DNA from: Mobula birostris
Lineage: Eukaryota
Assembly (NCBI RefSeq): GCF_030028105.1
Contig: NC_092387.1
Coordinates: 44,525,590 to 44,589,589 of the forward strand
DNA: 64,000 nt
Reading direction: 5' to 3'
In this document: in pieces, positions 26,335 through 40,000 of the stretch
Numbering within the stretch: the stretch's first letter is position 1
How the letters are laid out: each line of letters begins with the position of its first letter
The notes under the pieces: model-generated
What the model was told of the DNA's origin: nothing
The model's database searches: none
The model's input: only the letters and a program-made list of their open reading frames with translations
Made by a program: the position numbers and the translations under genes

Positions 26335-26812
26335 TATCTGTCATACCTGATGATGACAGGAAACCTGTGCGAGCGAGTTTTTAAAGCGGGAAAAGCTATT
26401 GCACTGGGGTGGTTGCACTTTGTCGACCTTGAAAGTCCGGGTCCAGTGTACAAGTAGTCGTCACAACTGGGGTCGTCTTTGGTTGCAGTAGATGACCATG
26501 AGTTCTTCTGAACCTTGACATGCACTTTGCTCTCCTGGCCATTGTATCTTACTGTAAAACTCATCTGCCCAGTCTGCCAGAGCTGACTTTGCATACCAAG
26601 ACAGGCATATCCATATCTCATTGGGAAATGATGCCTGCCTGTTGAAGCAGTGTACTGGGGTGTGGGTGCTGTTTTATGCAAACAGCTACGTGGAGCCACA
26701 GGTGAGAGCTGAGTGTCCGGTGAGGACCAAAGGTGAATGAGCTGCTGCAGACAAGTCATGACAAGCCCTTTCACCAGAAGTGCTACCCCTCCCTGGACAC
26801 CCCAGACACCCC
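26335..26812 (-). mobile_element. Non-autonomous retroelement fragment, probably RTE-related
   Basis: GC-richer insert interrupting the Tigger-like element; - strand start ggggtgtccagggaggggtagcacttctggtgaagggcttgtc resembles RTE-type 5' UTRs. Confidence 0.4.
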
Positions 26813-28351
26813 ATTGTTCAGTTACTGTCAACCGAAAAACAGGACAGTGTACATGAGATGAATTCCTCCGTCAATAAACATTAAGAACTAATATACAGTT
26901 TTATAATACTGTAGTGGCATTGTTTGTATTCCAATTTGTTCTGTATTTCATTTAAATAGTTAATTTGTTACTCAGTTAAACAGAAGTTTATCTTTTTTAT
27001 GCCTTTTTAACTATTTTCATGAAACTTTGGCTAATTGGAGCAGCTGCGTACTTGGACCAAAATGTACTGGTCCCAATGTGTCCCAATTAAACAGAATCCA
27101 CTGTACTTGGTGTAAAGGATTGGATTATAATGTACTGCGTTTCCTCTTAAGAAAACTTTTTAGAATGATGCCTGGAGGACTAACTTATTCATGTTTGTAA
27201 TATTGCAATTTCATTATTTACAGATTGGACTTTAAGAGTGCTGAGGAATATAAAAAAGTCTGAGAAAGCTTGCATTGAAACTCTTTAAAACCTGATTTGT
27301 TTGAAATTTGTGTTTAAAATGTATGAAATACTGCTGTATTATCACAGTTTCATCTATTGTGCAAGGTGACAATTTTTAGAATATGACTGGATGCAGTGTT
27401 ATTTTGTTATTTGACCTTAAATATTATCTACAAGTGCTTTGACTGCAAGCAGAATAGTGTCTTTTGTACTTTTTTTTTCTAGTTTGTCCTACATTTACTC
27501 TTGCTTCCAAGTATTAATTAAAACATCTAAGTTTTTTTATCTATGTCATTTAATGAAAGATGTTGCAGTTCTAATTTTCACATAATTTAATACTTGCTTT
27601 TGAAAAAATGTTACCCTGCTAGTTAATGTTGTGGCTCTGAAGTATGACATACTGTCTGACTTTTTTTCATTAGGTCCTGAGTTTGTTGCATAATAGTTCA
27701 ATTGTAGTGATTTTAACTCAGATAGTTATGTTCTCTCACTACATCATATACCCTAATTTTTCACACTCGAGAAACCTCCAAATTTTCATGCACAACTGTG
27801 ATTTGATACTGAAATATGTCTCCCTAGGGGCCACTTCTGTCCCTTATTTTTTCTATATTTAAAATATCAGTAACACTTATTAGACTTTGACTTTGATATG
27901 GTACACAAGCTTGCATTTCTATATTTTTGGATGGTACAACGTTTGTAATTGTGAAGACAGTAATAGACTGCAAGAAGACATTGTTAAAGTTAAAAGTAAA
28001 TTTATTATGAAAGTACATATATGTCCTCATTTTCATTTTCTTGTGAGCATTCACAGTAAATACAAGAAACACAATAGAATCTATGCAAGACTGCACCTAA
28101 CAAGTTGGAGATGAAATTTAATACAATGCAGTAAAGTGCTGTTCTTGGGGAGTATGAATAAAGACAAATTTATGGACTAAATGTTATCTTTGCCGCCATG
28201 TGTGAAGAGCTGTGTGAAGTGTATTTCCTGTATGTTGCATATGAATGGTATCTGCAAGTCTTCAGAATAACTATGAGCTTATCTGTAAATATTTGATAAG
28301 GAAATGAATGCATTTCTGCCACTTGACTAACTCTGTTTATTTTTCTATATA

Positions 28352-28635
28352 CACTCAATGACCGCTTTTTTGGTACCTCCTGTGTTGTTTGTGACCTGCT
28401 GCTGCTCTTGCCCATCCACTTCAAGGTTTGATGTGTTGTGCATTCAGAGATGCTCTTTTGCACACCACTGTTATAATATGTGGTTATTTGAGTTACTGTT
28501 GTCTTTCTGTCAGCTTGAACCAATCTGTCTATTCTCCTCTGATCTCTGACTAACAAGGCATTTTCACACACAGACGTTTCTTGTTTGTTGCACCATCTTC
28601 TGTAAACTCTAGAGACTGTTGTGCATTAAAATCCT
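28352..28635 (-). mobile_element. Tc1-like fragment
   Basis: RLVQADRKTTVTQITTYYNSGVQKSISECTTHQTLKWMG (Tc1 HTH region); TA|cactcaatgacc terminus. Confidence 0.75.
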
Positions 28636-28639
28636 TTGC

Positions 28640-29025
28640 TTCCTGTAGTAACTTGAGGTATATCCCTTCTGGCCCCAGGGACTTCTAATGTTTTTCAGAA
28701 GTTCCAACATATCCTCCCTCCCATCAACATGTTCCAACAATTTAGATTGTTCTATGCTGTCCTCTCATTTGTCGAGGTCCCTCTCACTGGTGAATACAGG
28801 TATTCATGCAGCTAGTTATTCATTAAGGACCCTTCCCTGCCTCCAACTCTAGCCATATGTTTCCTCTTTTATCCTTGATTGGTTCTACCTCACTCTAGTC
28901 ATCCTGTTCTTCATGTACATGTAGAACACTTAGGGATTTTCATTTATCCTACTCACTAAGGCCATCTGTCCCCAGAGCTGACCTAAGTCCTTTCTTAAGC
29001 TGCTTCCTGGCTACCTTATAACTCA
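28640..29025 (-). mobile_element. Decayed CR1 internal fragment
   Basis: Reverse-strand similarity to the endonuclease-RT linker of the CR1 at 61259-63615. Confidence 0.5.
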
Positions 29026-30407
29026 ATTTGGAGGAAAAAGTATTTTTTTATTGCACCTTATGCATTTGCTGCCTTAAATGTTACCACTCATTTTGTCAAT
29101 TATTTAATTAGTTCAACCAACCCCACACAATAGCTTATAACATTGATCCTGTTGCTTATTTCTGTAATACTGCTTGAACCTTCCAGCACTTTTTTTGTTT
29201 TTATATTAGTAAATGTACATCTTGGTCGATTGCTGATAGACTGGTAGGTTTATAACAAGAAAAATTGGATTTTCCTATAGACAGCTTCTAATAGTTTTAA
29301 GCTTCTGGCTGAATACCCATTAGGAATAATACTTCTATTACAGTAAGTTTTGACATTGAAAGATCCAAGATTTTGGACTGCCTTAACTAAATCCATATTT
29401 ATAGTGCACTGGAGACAAGACGAATAAAGTCATTGCTTTTGCTAAATTGCCTATTAAATGTAGTTAAGTTACAAGTCAGTTACTCAGCATGACTCTGATC
29501 TGCACTATTAAATTAGCCAGGCTTCAAAGTGGTGCAATAAACTCAAAACTTGGAGGGACTTGAAATAACCACACCAATTCAAGCCTCACTGCCCATCGGG
29601 ATTAATCCTTGAGATTCAAGAAAGTAATTAAGTAAGATTGAAGATTGGTACAAATTTGCTGATTAAATTTTGTTGCAGCTGATCAAACTACAAGATCCTG
29701 ATGTTCTGAAGAAATTGCACTTCAGTTATGTGATGAAGGCTAAAGAAGTCAATGGAGCATTGTGTAATTACATGGGAACACTGAGGGTTACTGCAGAGAA
29801 ATTGACTTGCTGCTGAGAGAAGTAAAAAGGAAAGATGAAAAATACAAAGCAAATATTATTTACTTATGGACCCAAGGATTACCTGAACATTTTTACATTT
29901 TATGTGGACTTATTTCTCTTTCTCAGTTTAAAGAAAACTCCGAATTCATTTTTTCTTTAACCATCCTTCAGGTCACTTTTTAAATATCAATACCAAGGGC
30001 TCCATCTTCCTCTCACATATCCTGAGAGCACCTGATATGTGATATGCAGTAGTTTGAGATAGTTAATGACTCAATCATTATCCAAAAATATACTTAGATT
30101 TTCTCGTGTTTGCAGTTCATGGTTATAAATAAACCTTTGTTATTTGCTATTGATCATCATCATTAAGGCACATTTGCGTTTTTTGATGATAAGGAACTGT
30201 TAGAATGAAAGTTTTATATGTCAATAGTTGTTAACGTTAACACAGAATAAAATCCTATGTTGAGCTCAGAACTAGGAATTCAAAGGGACAAGCATTTGTT
30301 GTAAGGAAGTTCAGCTGATTTCACAGTATTCAATCTTTTAATTCAAGGCACTATAACTCACGAAGAAAATAATTGCTGTGAGAGGTTGTTCAGGTTTATT
30401 AGGATGA

Positions 30408-31501
30408 CTAGACAACGGGGTGACTCGTTGGGGCACCCTTTGAGAGAAAGGTAATGCAGTCTGATGTGACCAGAATGAACATTAAATTTTCCTGAATGCT
30501 ATTGGTATCTCTTTGCTTTAGAAACTGAAGTAGAAAACCTCAGTTTATTAAAGAAGAAAGACGCATAGCAAAGCAAATATAGCTGCTCTTCATTTAAGGA
30601 AGGTCACTTTTGATGGCATTATTTCTAGTTTATCTGCCACCCTTGTGCCTCTCATTGTCATTCTGGAGACATTCAGCCCTTTCATCCCCCGTCTCTTCAT
30701 CTCTTCTGCTGTTTGTTGTTTGTCTCTGATCCTGGAGACGTGCATGCCTCTCCTCTGTCTCTTCTTCTCTCATCATTTTTTGTCCTGACTTTTTGATCCT
30801 GGAGTTGTGCGGCCCTGGCCTTATCCGATTCTTGTTCTCTCCCTGTCCTTGCCCCTTCCCGACGACGTTTGGCGTCATCTCTTGACCATAATGTTCCCCT
30901 TCCCTTTCCACACGGCATAATTAGCTGACCTTTTTTTTTAACCCTAATGCTGGGTAGAAGGTACGAAGCAGTAACACCAAAGGATGCTGATTATTCTTGA
31001 TGATGTGGTTGGCGCTCTCCTAAATGGATGTGATATAGTCACCGCTGTCTTTTGACTGCAGCAAAGGGTTTTATGGGTGTCTAAAAGTATGTCATTATAA
31101 TAGGATTTAATTATCTCTTATTGATGGGTGGCAGTTAGATCTGTCCCAATCCTGCACATGCTGATGGTAGTGATTAGCAGAATGTGACCCCGCGAAATAG
31201 AGCTGCCCTGCCCTTTTGCTCTGCTTTTGTAGGTGTCGCTGCTGAGACTGGCCGTGCGCATGCGTCGGGCTGTTGCGTCCCGATTTCCATGATGGCCAAT
31301 CGGGTCTTGGGTTAAAAGGGAGCCTGTCTATTTTGGTGAATGAGCAATTTTATATGAATATATAACCCTGAACTTTGCATTCTGTAAGTTAGCGCATTTT
31401 AATTCAATTTAGCCAAAAAAGTGCCACTGTAATGCATCGTTTGCACTAATTGGCGGTGACAAACAGACAGACAGAGCATGAGAGTTTTAGTAGTATATAG
31501 A
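30408..31501 (-). mobile_element. Non-autonomous Helitron with both termini
   Basis: - strand 5' A|TCTATATACTACTAAAA...(CTGT)n; 3' hairpin GGGTGCCCCAACGAGTCACCC then CGTTGT-CTAG|T; A|T insertion with no TSD; internal frameshifted ET-ER-ARL repeats. Confidence 0.88.
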
Positions 31502-32851
31502 TACTGGGGCTTAAGGTTTAAATTATAAGATAGAACATAGGTATTTTCCATGAATTTAAACACGAGTCTAGCTGAGGTGTTTAGGACTATAAAATGATTA
31601 GGTAAATGATGGTAAGTGACACAGTCTTGAGCTGGGTCATTCAAGAGTGAAGTCAAGAATAACTTTCTCGGTAAAAGTGGGGCAAGAATTAAAACCCGCA
31701 CACAAACTCCCACCAGCTTCACTCAAATAAAAGGCCAGTTAATATTTTCAAGAGCAGCTTGCACAATCTTTTTGTTAGCTAAAGATTTCAAAGATAGTGA
31801 ATCAAAACATGAAAAGCATTGAATGTACAAGCTGTGTGATCTGTTGTGCATTTTAAGTGGTGCCCTTTTATATAGTCATGTTATGGGTGGTTTTGTGGGT
31901 ATTGTTTTACTGGAATCTTTCTTAATGCCTTGTATGAAATAAGTCTTGGTTAGAGAGTGAGGATGGTGTGAGACAATATAAATATTTTAGGAGGGTTACA
32001 TCTTATTATTTTTGACTGTTAAAAATTATCTGCTGGATTGAAATCTTCTGTGACTTGAAAGATTTCCAATAATAAATAATGTTCCAGATGTCATCTATTA
32101 ACTTTTACCAAAATACAGCCATTAGAGGAGGAATGATATTGTTGTACAATGGGAAGAATTCCTGTTTGTAAATTATAATTTGGAAGGGTATGTATGGGTG
32201 CAGTGACCTTGGATTGATACTGATGAAGATGCCATGGCATTCGCCTAATAATTCTAAATTGCCAATTATGTTAGTTTTCATGTTCAGTTTATGTATGGCA
32301 GAAATGAATTCTATTGCATATAAACTGCATTTAAGAGCCTTTTTTTTATTGATCATCTAAGATTAATGCAAAATGCATCAATTCTGTAAGATCAGATGTA
32401 GGATCCCTTCCACTCCCTGAATCTCAAATCATGAATGTGTGGCCAAGTACCTGTAAGGGCACTCGTAATTAGGCACAAGTGCAACAGATGGGAGAGTAGA
32501 CCAGCAGTCTCTAGCTTCTAATGGGCTTGTCTCAGCCAGAATATGCACTTATTATCCATTAATAGTGTTAGTCTGTCTTAAGCTGGAAGGTTTCCAGTGA
32601 CTACATGACAGCATGTATATTCAACTGTAGCAGGACTAGCAACTGAACCCAAGTCTCTCCCCATTTGACACTGGAGTAGAATAAAACAAAACATCCACAA
32701 AAGGAGCTCTCACTATTTTGTTTACTGTTTCTTATAACTTGTAAATGCAAAAACTAATCATGGAGCAAAATAAGTTGCATTTATATCACACTTTTACTGT
32801 GGAGGTTTCATGATGTTTCTCTGCAAATTGAAAACTATTTTAGAAGGAAAC

Positions 32852-33490
32852 AAAATCAGGTTTATTGTCACTGGTGTATGTCCAGTAATTTGTTGTTTTA
32901 TGGTGGCAGTATAGTGCAAGAAATAAGAATTACTGTAAATTATACGAAATAAATAGTGCAAAAGATGAATAGTGAGGTAGCATTCATGGACTGTTCAGAA
33001 ATCAGATGGTGGAGTGGAAGCAGTGTTTACAAAACCATTGAGTGTGGGGCTTCAAGCTCTTGTGCCTCCTCCCTGATGATAGTACTGAGAGGAGGGCATG
33101 CCTTGGATGGTGAGAGTCCTTAATGATGGTATCACCTTCTTGAGGCACTGTGTTGTGAAGATACCCTCGTCGGTGGAAAAGGTTGTGCAAGTGAAGGAGC
33201 TGGCAGAGTCTATAACCATCTGCAATCTCTTTTAGTTTTAAGCCCCACACTCATTGGTTGTAGAAACACTGCTTCCACTCCACCATCTGATTTCTGAACA
33301 GTCCGTGAATGCTACCTCACTATTCATCTTTTGCACTATTTATTTATTTAGTATAAATTACAGTAATACTTATTTCTTGCACTATACTGCCTCCATATGA
33401 GGCAGTGATGCAAGCAGACAAAATGCTTTCCGTCATACATCTTTAGAAATTTGCTAGTCTGGTGATGTACCAGATCTCCTCAAACGACAG
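32852..33490 (-). mobile_element. Rex1-type LINE 3' fragment containing an inverted self-duplication
   Basis: IIKDSHHPRHALLSVLSSGRRHKSLK on -; 33240-33397 is the reverse complement of 32899-33052. Confidence 0.8.
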
Positions 33491-36400
33491 AAGGTAATCA
33501 CGATTTAGCATGGGAAGATGTGAACAGAAAGGAAAGTTATGTATGTGTTGCAGTAGAGTGCTATTCTCTTGGACTGTAATCCTGAAAGAGATGATTCTGA
33601 TGGAAAAGAAATAGGAAACTGGGTAATGTGCACCATTCAGCTCAGTAGAAGCATTGAATTACTAGAAAAAATTGTCCTTTGAATAAAACCTTTATATTTT
33701 GTATCTATTGATTAAAGTTGCAGATTATGTTTGTAGATTACTCTTGTATTTGTACTATCTTCAAATGAGTTTAAAACAAAAATGTAGGCCTACCCTGCTT
33801 GTGCTCATGGTGCAGGGTGGATCATGGGAATATGTAATATATAATTCTGTTTTCATTTTTTTTTGAAACAAGGACAAGTAAATGGAAACTTCATCAAAAA
33901 TAATCAGCAAAATTTCTTGACTTGTATTTCCCAATTAAAAGCTTGGTTTGTTCTTAGAGTTTGGACAAAACATGCAAATTATGCAAATTGAATGCAGATT
34001 GTGTAAGGAATAGTTTCTGCAGACATTTTTAATATAGTTACACTTACAATTTGCATTTGAACATGTGGATCAATTGAAAACAAATCTGCAAAGTCCTATG
34101 ACTAATCTGTTAAATTTCATTTCAAAATTTAAATTGTATGAATTGGTATTATCTTCTCACTAATAGTTTGTATGAAATACATAAAGAAACACTTTTATTT
34201 TCATATCTGGAAGGTACTTTTGTGCAATTTTGAATTGGAGTATGAAAGGGGTAAAGCAAGGTCACTTAATTTATATGAAGCTAGCTCGCTGTCAAACCTT
34301 TCTCTGGAATGCCCTTGGCGCATCAAGAAGCTAGGTATTTATATTCTTGATTTTGATGCTACGGCAATAATTGCTGTTTAGTATTATTCAGATTCAAGAT
34401 CTATACCAACAAAGTCTTAGCACCAGCTAGTGAGTTAAAATTCTCTTCCAGTTCAAGAAGTGTTGTTATTTAAATTTTGTCAGGATCTTGGTGAAGTTTC
34501 AGAAATAGCTTGTGTATTCATTTGCCTTTATTTTCTTTGTGTTAGTATTTGCTACTGACCTTTTCATTTGGATTGTTCCGTTCTGTCAATGTGGAAAATG
34601 TTCTGTGGTTCTGTGCTGATTGTTTTGAGCAGCGATTTGTTTCCAGTGCAAGATATTTAACAGACACAAGAATGTTCTTTGGCAGGAAGGGCAAAGAGAT
34701 CCATTGATTCAATTGATCTTTTGTTGTTATTAACCTTTTCCTGTAAGTTAATAGAGATGGTAAGGTTGAGCTTATGGCCTGGTTGGTATATGCCAGAAGG
34801 TATCATCAATATTGTAATCTAAAGCAAATGTAATAGTACGTGTCATTTTAAACTATCTGAAAATGAAGTGGAAAGGTTTGACATGATTGAGCTTGGCAAA
34901 AAACTATTTTTAACTGGACTTTCCAATTGACTGATTTAGGTGAACACAAACATTAATCTTTAAATTATTGAGTTCTGTAAGACTGGTCTATCTAGTTTGA
35001 TTACAATCGCCGTTGCATTTGTTTATGCTAGTATTCAAAAGCTCTCTCTAAAATTCGTAAGGGCTTGCATTCCAGTCTGAAGTCCCATTTTGTTTACTTC
35101 CAGAATTTTGCACCCATAACCAAATTGCATGTGAAATCTTAATTAGATGGGAGACATAATTACGGTTAAAATGAAAATTGTCTTTACTTTCATTATACAG
35201 AAGTTCTTTGTGATTATATTAAGTTTCACAATTTAATAAAATAACATTTTCAAAATTTTTTTGTATTTATTTCTTTTTCAGGATATGCATCATTTATTGG
35301 CCCTTCTTAAAGGCCTTTGAGGATATGATAATAGGCCACCTTCTTGAACCACTGCAATCCTTTTAGTAAAGGCACTCCTGCAATTCTGTTCTGTTGGAAG
35401 TACCAGGATTTAGGAGTAGTTATGAATAAGGAAAGGTGACATATTTCTAAGGAAGAGAGTTGGCTTGGTTGGATGTTCCCTTTGTGCTTGCTGTTCATGT
35501 GCTCCTTGGTGCCAGAAGCTGTAGCTTTTCTTAGTGCTTCCAGAATAGCCTCAGCAGGTAGTTTCTTGCACTGTTCTGCAGATCTAGAACACTGGTTGTG
35601 CCACAGATATGAGCAAGTGTAGAATATTAATTGTGTCAGATTCTTGTGTTTTGAGTTTTGATTTCTGAATGGTCCATTAATTCAATGATCCACAAACACC
35701 ACCTGCTTGTTCCTATTTTTGCAGTATTTATTTATTTTGTAATTTAGAGTAATTTTATAATTGGAAGCAAAAACAACCAATTTCACAGCATATCAGACAG
35801 TAATAAATCTGATTCTGACTTGAGCTACTTTTGTAGCGCAATTGAGTTTCTAGTGTATGGTGATCCTCTGGGATGATGATGGCTGATAATTTGATAATGC
35901 CACTGAATATCTATTGTGTTTTTACTGAATATCAAATTCAGTAAATACACAGTGGATCTGTCAGGATTGGGATGTCCTGAATGTTATTTTTTTGACAGAT
36001 GCTGTGATATAAATCTTTCTAAACTTGTAACAGTGATTCTCAGTATTTTGCTGTTGTGTCTTAAAATTTGGACTGGAAGGGCCTGTTTTGTGCTCTATCT
36101 CTAAGTGACCTTGTGTAATGGAATTCTGAAACAAAAGAAGAGCTGTATAGCACGAGAACCTTTAGAAGTGATGGTAAAAAATGAGAATGAGGTTTTGTTG
36201 AAGAATGGTAAAGTGGCAAGAATTACCAAGTTGGAGAATCTTAGCATTAGACTATGGAGCGGAGGGCTGAGTGGGAAAAAAAGGGTCAAGCAGCAGATGG
36301 TGCAAAGGATCTTGTAGGAGGAAAGAATATGCCTAGTTTGTGGGTGAAAGCTTGAGAGAGTACTAATCTGCAGGAACTTGAACAAGAAAGTTGATGCATA

Positions 36401-36514
36401 TTGTTGAGGGTCAAGACAAAAAAGGAAATGGCTGTGGGTACCCTAAAAGAAGTGGCTTCTAGGGTTGTTTTTGTGGGTGGTTTAAATCAATCACTACTAG
36501 GTCCAGGAAAAATC

Positions 36515-36908
36515 ACTATCCTTCAACCATCAGGCTCTTGAACCACTGGGGATAACTTCATTCAACTTTGCTTGCCCCATCACTGAACTGCTTCCACAAA
36601 CAATGGACTCACTTTAAATAACACTTCATCTCATGTTGGCGATATTCATATCACTAAACTGCTTCCACAAACTATGGACTCACTTTAAATACCACTTCAT
36701 CTCATGTTGGTGGTATTCATTGCCTGCCTTTGTTTTGTTCCTTTTGTATTTGCATAGTTTGTTGTCTTTTATTCATTAATTGTTTGCCTGCCTTGTTGGT
36801 TGCATTCTTTATTGTTCTTGAATTTACTGAGTATGCCCGCAAGAAAACAAATATCAGCATTGTATATAGTGACATATATGTACTTTGACAATAAACTTTG
36901 AGCTTGAA
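36515..36908 (+). mobile_element. Rex1-type 3' UTR fragment with a 71-bp tandem duplication
   Basis: Same tail family as 50545-50880; units 36579-36649 and 36650-36720. Confidence 0.75.
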
Positions 36909-37049
36909 ACAGCAGAGTTTTGAATTTGACTCAAGTCCATAGTTTGAAGCCTGTTTAGTGATCGGTGGATCCTGTGATTGAGGCCCAAGGATCAAATCAG
37001 AAGTCCTGGAAGTTGAGACTAGTTGGCTGGAGCCTGGGTCTACAAACCT

Positions 37050-40000
37050 TTGCAAGTTTGGGTAGTCAAAGGCCAGAAATTGATGAAAGCAAGCCTTATG
37101 AAAGCTGGGAAAATGAAATTGGAATAAGGACTTGTGTTACAGAACTGGAGAAGACGAAGCAAGCCTTGATTGTTGCGGTATTGCTTTCAGGAAGAGCGAG
37201 AAAGACCTCAATGGGAATTTCAGTGGCAGACTTGAACAAAGATGATGCTATGAATACGCTAATAAATACACTTGACTCTACTTTTCTGAAACAAAGACAC
37301 CTGCGGCGTTTAGTTCTTGGAGTGATGAATTTCTGGAGCGATACAATCAAATGCTTACTGAAATAATGCTGAAAGCAAAGAAAAGCAACGGCTGTGATTG
37401 GAATTCAGCCCTGGATTGGGGCCTTATGGTGAAAAATATCATGCGCAATGTACATGGCTATAGCTTGTATCAATTGATGTTCAGCCAGAATCCCAATTGC
37501 CCCTCCTTGCTGGTTGACAGACCACTTGCTGTAGAGGGCACTTGGGAAACCTTTCAGCACTGCATGCATTGAGGAAGGCTTTCACTGAAGCATAGTGCTC
37601 AGAAAGAATTTGAAGAGCACTGAGCACACAGGTCCATCCTATAAATGGCAAATATGACTTGGGACAAAGGGTATTATGAAAGAGCAGACTGTACAGAATG
37701 GAAAGGTCCTGGAGTTGTCATGGGTCAGGGTGGAGTTGTGGTATTCGTAAGACATGGAGGTACGTGTGTGAGAGTGCATCATTCCAGATGATGTAAAGCA
37801 CAACCCGTCAGAACTCCATGGAGAATGACAGAAAAAGTGAAAAGCATTTACCTGGGACACGGTCACATAGCACAGAGATGAAGAGATTGCAGCTAAGTAC
37901 TCAACAGAGATGCTTAACAGTGGCACAGACAGTGCTGAAGAGAGTGCAGTTGGGAACTCAACAGGCTTGCCTGAACAGAAATGATCAGGAGTGCAAACAA
38001 AATGGAAGTTTCAGTCGTAAAACAGGGCGAACTGTTAGCTTTGTAGACCAAGACACTGGTATCTCATACAAAGCTGAAGTCTTAGGATGAGCAGACAAAG
38101 CCACTGGGAGAAACAAAGTTGGTAAAACTTGAATTACTCAGAACTAGTCACAGTTGCTGGTACTGCAGAGTCAGTCGACAAGTCACATGTCAACAGACTT
38201 CATATTGTTCAAGTATGGATCAGGCCAGACCATCTGAGAAATATCAAGATGAATATGTCCTAGTAACTAAAGAGGTGTCGTTTGAATCTGTAAAACAGGA
38301 TGAAATCAGAAATTGACGAAGTATTGGAGTGTTTCAGGAAGCTAGAGACATTGGCCGAAAGGCAGTGTCTACAAGATCGGTGTGTACACAGAGAAAAATC
38401 CCAACAACAATTATACCAACAGCATGTCTGTTGGCAAGAGGTTTTGAGGAACTGAACATAGAAGAAGTCCAAAAAGACTTGCCAACATGGTGCATCAGAG
38501 TCTCTCCGGCTGCTTCTCTCAGTGATATGCTAAAAGCATTGACAAACCCATTGCATGAACATAAAATTTACATTCTTACAGGGAATGGAGCTGTCACATG
38601 ACATTTACATTAAAGTCCTGCCTGAAGCCAGAAGCGAAGAGCAACTCAAAAAGTGTGTGTATGGTCTAGCAAATGCATCACTCAACTGGTATAAAAAGAT
38701 CAAGGAAATAATGTTGAAAACAGGTGGAAAGATGTCACAAGTGAATCCAGCTTTCTTTTTACTGGCAAGATTCAGGATATTGTGATTGGAATGTCTGCCT
38801 GTCATGTTGATGACTTCATATGGGGAGGCTCACAAATCTTTGCCACAACAGTTAGTCCTCAGCTAAACTCTGCCTTTCAGGTCGTTTGGAAGGAACATGA
38901 CAGATTCTGTTAGGTAGGTATTGACATTCTTGCTGTTGAAGGAACAGTACAACTGCACCAAGAAAGCTACATCAGGAATCTTCAGACAATCTGCGTGGAA
39001 TCCTCACGTGCCACACAACGTGATGCACCCCTCTGTGAAGCTGAAGCGGAGCAATTTGAGTCAAAGATAGGTCAGATTCTATGGGTGGCAAGGCAGAGCA
39101 GACCTGACATCATGTTTGGTTCCTACAGCTTGGCATCCAACACAAAATATGCTACAGTACAAACTTTACATGAGGCAAACAAGATAGTGTGCAGAATTCA
39201 ATCTGAAAAGATAGTCTTGAAGTTTCAACAGCTTTGAAAAGATAGCTCACTGAGGCTCGTTGTCTTCAGTGATTCCTCACTTGGAAATCTTCCTGATGAA
39301 GGTACTCAAGGGTGGCATTTTATTGTACTGATGGGAGAAGAGGGAAGATTTTTACCTCAAAAAGTATCAGAAGAGTTATGTGGAGTATGCTGGTAGGAGA
39401 AATCCTTGCAATGTCTGAAAGTATTGACAGTGCTGTTTTCCTGGCCACACTCTATTCTGAACTCTTCCATGGTGACCCAAAGAAGGACAGTCTACTGATA
39501 ACTTGATTCACAGACAACTATTCTTTGGTTGATGGCATCAAATCCACCAAGTCAGTTACAGAGAAGAGGCTTCATCTAGAGATGAGCAGGATCAAAGAAC
39601 TTGACCAAGCACAGAAAATTCATCACGTGCTATGGTCAGCTACAAAGGAATAACTAGCTGAGTGTCTCACAACGAAGGGAGCTCTAGCTGTTGTTGAAGG
39701 CATTTGGTACCTTAAGAATTGTATTAACTTCCAGGGATAGACTAATTCCCATATTCTAATGGACTTCTGAATTGTTTGGACATTTGTATTGTCTTTAAAA
39801 GTTTTTCAAATTTAATTTTTTAATTGTATACTTAAAAGAGATGGGAGACTGTTGGGTTCTGTTCATTTGGACTACGTAAGTATTTAGTATGCATGTGTAC
39901 TCTCCCTGTTACGTGCGTGCGTGCAGTAGGAGGGAAGGGGATTGGGGAATGAAAAGGTGGCAGCCCTTAAGCATTGAATGGAGGCGTTGGAAGTAAAGTT

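Larger units (their letters stand above)
23133..27103. mobile_element. Tigger-like non-autonomous DNA element hosting two nested retroelements
   Basis: TA|gagtggattctggttaattgg ... cccaattaaacagaatccactg|TA inverted termini. Confidence 0.7.

Noticed and set aside
26337-26375. ctgatga...gaaac hammerhead-like string
   Set aside because: No stem II or stem I can form; it is a simple ctgtcat/atgacag hairpin. I also could not build an HDV-like fold at the other end of this element by eye.
36390-37050. Search for the Copia 5' LTR and PBS
   Set aside because: No match to 39850-40067; only a weak agcagag remnant near 36910, which is insufficient.
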